NCBI GenBank assembly: GCA_041492755.1
Contig: JBGPXN010000068.1
Coordinates: 1 to 21,774, forward strand
Direction: 5' to 3'
Source of the DNA: Candidatus Methylomirabilia bacterium
Lineage (GTDB): Bacteria > Methylomirabilota > Methylomirabilia > Rokubacteriales > CSP1-6
DNA: 21,774 bases
Part shown: in pieces, positions 17,349 to 21,774 of the stretch
Layout: every line of letters begins with the position of its first letter
Numbering within the stretch: the first letter of the stretch is position 1
Made by a program: the position numbers and the translations under genes
Notes under the pieces: model-generated
The model's database searches: none
Told to the model about the DNA's origin: nothing
The model's input: the letters and a program-made list of their open reading frames with translations, nothing else

Positions 17349-17378
17349 CACCGGGGGCCCCGCGAAGAGCCCCCGGTG
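17349..17378 (-). terminator. GC-rich hairpin after nrdJ (possible terminator; no U-tract)
   Basis: CACCGGGGGC (17349-17358)/GCCCCCGGTG (17369-17378), 13 nt after the nrdJ stop. Confidence 0.45.
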
Positions 17379-17391
17379 GATCAGGCGCGAC

Positions 17392-20300
17392 TCAGCACTC
17401 GTTGAAGCCGCACGACAAACACTTCTTGCAACCTTCCTCGTAAACGAACGTGGCCTGGCCGCACTCCTTGCAGAGATCGCCGATGGCCTTGCGCGGCTCG
17501 GCGACGCCGGCGACGGGCACCGCCGGCTTCACCTGGCCGATGTGCTCGGCCAGCGTGCGCGCGATGGCATCGGGCAGCGACAGCACCTTGGAGGGACCAA
17601 AGCCGGTCGGCTCGCCCCCGCCGATGCGCGAAAGCTGGCCGATGACCGCTTCGAGCCGACGCTGCGGCGACAGGGGCGACGGCATCCGGAGCGTCAGCGA
17701 GATCAAGCGCCCCAACGCTTCGGCAACGGCCATCGTGTCCGAGCCGCCCTTGCCGATCTGCAGGAAGACCTCGAACGGCTCGCCGTCCGGCGTCTCGTTG
17801 ACCGTGATGAACGCCGTGCCGATCGGCGTGCCGATGCGATAGGTCGAGCCCGTGAGACTGTGGGGCCGCGGCTTGATGACTACCGACCCGGACGGTGAGC
17901 CCGGCGGCGAGCCCGCCGGTGCGGCCACCGCTTGCTTGTCCTTCTTGGCGCCGACCCCGATGTTGAGCACCTGCTCGCCCTTGCAGCCGTCGCGGAAGAC
18001 GGTGATGCCGATGCAGCCGAGCTCCCAGGCGAGCCGGTAGGCGCGCGCGACGTCCTCTTCGGTGGCGTCGTTCGGCAGGTTGATCGTCTTGCTCACGCCG
18101 TTGTCGGTGGAGCGCTGGAAGGCGGCCTGGTGCCGCACGTGCCAGTCGTATGCGATCTCGTGGGCCGTCTTGAACACCCCTTTCGCGGCCTCGGGGACGC
18201 CCGGGATGCCGTGGAGCGAGCCGTGGCGCGCGATCTCCTGCATGAGCGCGTCGGAGAAGAAGCCCTGATCGCGCGCGATGCGCTCGAACGTCTCGTTCAC
18301 GAACGTGAGCACGCGCTCGCCGTCCGACTGCTTCACGCGGTGCTCGAAGGCGAGCGCGAAGATCGGCTCAACCCCGGACGAGCAGCCCGCGATCATCGAG
18401 ATCGTCCCGGTGGGCGCGATGGTGGTGACGGTGGAGTTCCGCATGGGCCGGACGTTCCGGTAGATCGAGCGGCTCCAGTTGGGAAACGGCCCGCGCTCCT
18501 CGGCCAGCTTCGCGGACTGATCGTGCGACTTGTCCTTCACGAACGCCATGAGCTGGTCGGCCAGCTCGATCGCCTGCGTGCTGTCATACGGGATGCTCAT
18601 GATGAAGAGCAGGTCGGCCCAGCCCATGATGCCGAGGCCGATCCGCCGGTTGGCCTTCACGGTGGCGTCGATCTCCGGCAGCGGGTACGGGTTCATCTCG
18701 ATCACGTCGTCGAGGAACCGCACCGACAGCCGGATGATCCGCTCCATCTCTTCCCAGTCGATCGACCACTCCCCTTCCGGACTGCGTCGGGCGAACTTCG
18801 ACACGTTGAGCGAGCCGAGGTTGCACGCCTCGTTCGGCAAAAGCGGCTGCTCGCCACAGGGGTTCGTCGCTTCGATCTGGCCGATCTCGGGCGTCGGGTT
18901 GGCCGGGCTCGCGTTGATGCGATCGATGAAGACCATGCCCGGGTCGCCCGTGCGCCAGGCCGCGTTGACCATCCGGCCGAAGACGTCCTTCGCGGACAGG
19001 CGTTCGGCGACGGCGCCCGTGTGCGGATTGATCAGGTCGTAGTCTTCACCCTTCTCCAGCGCCGCCATGAACGTGTCGGTGGCGGCCACCGAGATGTTGA
19101 AGTTGGTGATGCCGCCGTCGACCTTGCATTCGATGAACTCGAGGACGTCCGGGTGGTCCACCCTGAGGATGCCCATGTTCGCGCCGCGCCGGGTGCCGCC
19201 CTGTTTGACCGCCTCGGTCGCGCTGTTGAAGACCTTCAGGAACGACACCGGCCCGGAGGCCCGGCCGCCGGTCGAGGCCACGAGGTCGTCCTTGGGACGC
19301 AGGCGGGAGAAGGCGAAGCCGGTGTTGTGAACGAACGCCATGCCGTGGCGACCCGCGGCGTACGTGTTCCATTCTTCCACCGAGAGGTCGTAGAAGGCCT
19401 TCGGCTCCGGCGCTCGCTTGACCGCGGCGATCTCGAGACCGCGGGTGGTGACACGCCGCAGCAGTCCACCGAGATCCGCGTCACGCAGCGCGACGGCTTC
19501 GCCGATGGCCAGGAGGTCGTCACGCCGGCACCGACCACCGATGTTGCAGGACCACCGGTTCAATGCGTCGCTGCACGGGCCAATGCCGCGGCGAGCGGAC
19601 CCGACCAGGCCGAGACTGCGTAGACGGTCACGCCAGGGGCGGAACGGCAGTCGCAACGCTCGTTGCTTCCGGCTCCCCGAGGTGAGCCGCTCGAGCCTGT
19701 GTTCGCTGGCGACGTGCGACAGGAGCTCGGCGCGGAGGTTGTCGACCTGAGGAAGTGTGCAGAGCTGAACGGTGTAGATGGTCCGCTTCCCCTTCCCCCG
19801 GGGAGGCTTCGCTACGAGAGACGGTTGATACCCGAGCAGGCCCATCAGGCCGGCCAGATCCTCGGCCATTTCGCGGCTCGCGGTGGAGTACGAGGGACTC
19901 CCGTCCGGTGCGACGTAGCCGTCACTGTCGAGCAACCCGGCGACGAAGGCGCGGACCACCGGTAGAGGCGACTTGGCGATCACCTCGGGGATACGAACGC
20001 GCGCGTCCTTGGCGCCGATCTTTTCGAGCCCGCACGCTTCGAGCATGTCGAGCACGAAGCGCTGCGTCAGCGTCGCGACACTGAGCAACCCGCGTTTGTC
20101 GCGCTGCATCGAGACCTGGATGCCATGTTGGGCGACGACCGCCCGAACCTTGTCGAGCACGTCCACCTCGCCGGAGAACCAGCGCAGCCGGTACTGCCGC
20201 AGCGCGGGGACGTAGCCGAACGATCCGTCACCAAGGGTGAATCCGACGAGCCAGCCGATGGAGTCGTCGATCAACAGACTCCCGGCCTGTCGTGGCGTCG

Positions 20301-21075
20301 TGTACGGCCAGTAGTCATCGGGCCGATCAGGCCCCAGGATCACGTCCCCAGGCGCCAGTTCGTCGGCGCGCAGGGCGACCAGGCCTTGCGGCCTCACGAC
20401 CATGAACGGATGCCAGGCACTGGTTTGCACCTGGGTTCCCTCGCGGGTTTCGACGAGTATCTGGTGCTCGGCAGGGACATCGAACCGCCACACGTGGGAG
20501 ACGCGACGAAGTCCGGTCTCGCCGGTCGCGGGATTCATGGCGACCGTCGCGATATTCAGATCGGCGACGTCGAAGGCCACGCCCCCGCTGCTGCTCTCGC
20601 CCGTTCGGCCATCGGAGGTCGCGCGATTCACCAAGACCTCGATTGGCTCGAGTCCGCAGAACGTCGTCCAGACCCTGGCATCCCCCGCGATGCAGCCACC
20701 GCCCGACTTATGGATGATCGCGGCCGCCTTGACGGAGTCGAAGATCTCCTCCATCGAGTCGCCCACCGGCAGGACGTAGCACGCGGAATACTGCAGTCCG
20801 TTGCCCTTTCCCGCGTTCATGAGCGTCGGCGAGTTCGGCAGGAAGTAGCCGTCCACCATCATGTCGTAGAAGGCGTTGGCGATCTCGCGCACCGCCGCGG
20901 GGCTTCGCCCGTAGCGCGCCTCGCCCATCGCAATGGACTGCGCCACCCGCCAGCACATTTCCTCGGGGGTCTCGGCGACCTCGCCGCCCTTGCGCGTGAG
21001 ATACCGCTCCCGGAGCACGCGAAGCGCTGCTTCCGTCCACTGGCCGACCTTGGCCGGGCGGGTCTCAGACAGCAT
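17392..21075 (-). CDS. nrdJ: Adenosylcobalamin-dependent (class II) ribonucleotide reductase precursor with intein (1227 aa; about 770 aa after splicing)
   Basis: FLPNSPTLMNAG, SACYV, KQGGTRRGANMG, ATNPCGEQPL, ACNLGS, TIAPTGTIS, DNGVSKTINLP, TSCPD-like domain, C-terminal CKEC...EGCKKCLSCGFNEC. GAGGAGG SD before ATG 21075. No N-terminal ATP cone. Confidence 0.96.
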   Translation of the reverse strand: MLSETRPAKVGQWTEAALRVLRERYLTRKGGEVAETPEEMCWRVAQSIAMGEARYGRSPAAVREIANAFYDMMVDGYFLPNSPTLMNAGKGNGLQYSACYVLPVGDSMEEIFDSVKAAAIIHKSGGGCIAGDARVWTTFCGLEPIEVLVNRATSDGRTGESSSGGVAFDVADLNIATVAMNPATGETGLRRVSHVWRFDVPAEHQILVETREGTQVQTSAWHPFMVVRPQGLVALRADELAPGDVILGPDRPDDYWPYTTPRQAGSLLIDDSIGWLVGFTLGDGSFGYVPALRQYRLRWFSGEVDVLDKVRAVVAQHGIQVSMQRDKRGLLSVATLTQRFVLDMLEACGLEKIGAKDARVRIPEVIAKSPLPVVRAFVAGLLDSDGYVAPDGSPSYSTASREMAEDLAGLMGLLGYQPSLVAKPPRGKGKRTIYTVQLCTLPQVDNLRAELLSHVASEHRLERLTSGSRKQRALRLPFRPWRDRLRSLGLVGSARRGIGPCSDALNRWSCNIGGRCRRDDLLAIGEAVALRDADLGGLLRRVTTRGLEIAAVKRAPEPKAFYDLSVEEWNTYAAGRHGMAFVHNTGFAFSRLRPKDDLVASTGGRASGPVSFLKVFNSATEAVKQGGTRRGANMGILRVDHPDVLEFIECKVDGGITNFNISVAATDTFMAALEKGEDYDLINPHTGAVAERLSAKDVFGRMVNAAWRTGDPGMVFIDRINASPANPTPEIGQIEATNPCGEQPLLPNEACNLGSLNVSKFARRSPEGEWSIDWEEMERIIRLSVRFLDDVIEMNPYPLPEIDATVKANRRIGLGIMGWADLLFIMSIPYDSTQAIELADQLMAFVKDKSHDQSAKLAEERGPFPNWSRSIYRNVRPMRNSTVTTIAPTGTISMIAGCSSGVEPIFALAFEHRVKQSDGERVLTFVNETFERIARDQGFFSDALMQEIARHGSLHGIPGVPEAAKGVFKTAHEIAYDWHVRHQAAFQRSTDNGVSKTINLPNDATEEDVARAYRLAWELGCIGITVFRDGCKGEQVLNIGVGAKKDKQAVAAPAGSPPGSPSGSVVIKPRPHSLTGSTYRIGTPIGTAFITVNETPDGEPFEVFLQIGKGGSDTMAVAEALGRLISLTLRMPSPLSPQRRLEAVIGQLSRIGGGEPTGFGPSKVLSLPDAIARTLAEHIGQVKPAVPVAGVAEPRKAIGDLCKECGQATFVYEEGCKKCLSCGFNEC
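19324..20694 (-). mobile_element. Intein (457 aa) with LAGLIDADG homing endonuclease
   Basis: Junctions HKSGGG|CIAGDARV and GMAFVHN|TGFAFS. Block B TSAWHPF, dodecapeptide motifs WLVGFTLGDGS and FVAGLLDSDG, block F FYDLSVE. Removal restores the conserved RNR GGGTG motif. Confidence 0.96.
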
Positions 21076-21169
21076 GCCTTCCTCCTCTCGGGGCGTTTCG
21101 GGAGCCTCGCAGACGCGGCCGGATGGGCTGCAAACGCTTCTCGATTGTGCGGCTCGAATCACGCCCCAC

Positions 21170-21216
21170 ATGCTATATCTTGTGGCTCGGGGACCATAGC
21201 ACGCAGGATCTAGCGG
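21170..21216. promoter_or_regulatory. Tandem NrdR boxes
   Basis: ATGCTATATCTTGTGG (21170-21185; reverse complement CCACAAGATATAGCAT) and degenerate ACGCAGGATCTAGCGG (21201-21216), 31 bp apart, versus consensus acaCwAtATaTwGtgt. Confidence 0.75.
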
Positions 21217-21223
21217 GCGTCAA
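21193..21223 (-). promoter_or_regulatory. Putative nrdJ promoter
   Basis: TTGACG (21223-21218), 19 nt spacer including TG-c, TATGGT (21198-21193). A T-tract lies upstream of the -35. Confidence 0.55.
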
Positions 21224-21364
21224 GAAAAAACGTGATTGGCGCGTTGACAAACCCCGGCAGGGGTTTGCGCGCGGTGGATGGCGGTGCGTCCGGTGAATAG
21301 CCATCGGACGCATCGCGTTAAGTGCCTAGGACTGGTTCGTGGTATCCGAGCAGGCCGAGGCCTC

Positions 21365-21610
21365 CTACGCCGAGATTCCCGGGTCGGGGTACGTATCAAG
21401 GGCGCGCCGCGACAATGGTTTAAACGTCAGGCGTTTCCCGCCCACCATGCCGATCAGCCTGAGCGTACGATCCCAGTCGCTGATGTTCCGGCCGTTGTAT
21501 CGGAAATCAAACTCGGTCAGGTAGCGGTGGAGATGCCCACGACTCCAGTGGTGATAAACGCCGATCACGCCGCGCTTGAGCAGGCCGAAGTAGCCTTCAA
21601 CCGTGCTGGT
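21365..21610 (-). pseudogene. C-terminal remnant of an IS1595-family (ISXO2-like) transposase
   Basis: TSTVEGYFGLLKRGVIGVYHHWSRGHLHRYLTEFDFRYN...VGGKRLTFKPL matches the IS1595 TNxIEG...LKR...G.YHH.S..HL.RYL.EF.FRYN signature. Similarity is lost upstream of about 21612. Confidence 0.85.
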
Positions 21611-21694
21611 GTCCGGTGCGGGGAGGACGACTCGCGGGCACGTGATAATCTTGGGCCGACGCGCACGCCGTATCGATCGGAGGATCGGACCTTT

Positions 21695-21774
21695 ATGACG
21701 ATTGCCGGCCGGGTTTCGGGGCTGCTGCTCGGCGTTGTCGCGAGCTTCGCCTTGTCGTTTCAGACCGCTGCCGC
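21695..21774 (+). CDS. N-terminus of a probable secreted protein (truncated by the window end)
   Basis: GGAGG at 21679-21683, ATG 21695, MTIAGRVSGLLLGVVASFALSFQTAA (signal-peptide-like). Possible extended -10 TG-a-TAATCT at 21643-21651. Confidence 0.55.
   Translation, partial: MTIAGRVSGLLLGVVASFALSFQTAA

Noticed and set aside
21076..21171. ORF-track N-terminal extensions of nrdJ (21171), PRODH (15308), cytochrome c (16774) and ceramidase (4505)
   Set aside because: SD positions, stop/start overlaps and domain boundaries support the shorter starts.
21076..21190. Cobalamin riboswitch in the nrdJ leader
   Set aside because: The leader is only about 110 nt and shows no recognisable B12-box core. 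An Rfam scan would be decisive.
21244..21272. TTGACA on the + strand as a promoter
   Set aside because: No -10 hexamer at 16-19 nt spacing.
21611..21774. Continuation of the IS1595 transposase to the window end (the frame is open)
   Set aside because: The translation has no transposase motifs and overlaps, in antisense, a + strand gene start with an SD and signal peptide.
1..21774. CRISPR array, tRNA, rRNA or multi-gene defence system
   Set aside because: No regularly spaced repeats or RNA-gene signatures seen. HNH and PIN genes are separated by uvrB and lack defence partners.

Overview
High-GC bacterial chromosomal window with mostly minus-strand housekeeping genes. In coordinate order: xerD (3'-truncated by the window edge), murJ, rpsT (+), a secreted neutral-ceramidase-family hydrolase, holA, lptE, leuS, a small secreted protein fused in frame to uvrC, a VapBC-type toxin-antitoxin pair, uvrB, an HNH endonuclease, proline dehydrogenase, Ppx/GppA, a class I cytochrome c, a permease remnant, a 99-aa hypothetical, a class II (B12) ribonucleotide reductase, an IS1595 transposase remnant and the start of a secreted-protein gene (+). 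Gene order and style suggest a diderm bacterium, possibly Rokubacteria/Methylomirabilota (inference only). The clearest unusual element is a 457-aa LAGLIDADG intein in nrdJ that closely resembles the archaeal PI-PfuI (Pfu RIR1-1) intein. A second theme is non-canonical gene expression: five apparently leaderless genes, two genes that seem to require CTG starts, a 10-codon ORF bridging leuS and lptE by two ATGA overlaps, and no stop codon between uvrC and the downstream secreted-protein gene. Also noted are an AT-biased 11-6-11 inverted repeat hidden in leuS, a two-hairpin intergenic element, and tandem NrdR boxes. No CRISPR array, tRNA or rRNA was seen. I cannot demonstrate a wholly new multi-gene system from sequence alone. 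All family assignments come from motif recognition, not database searches.
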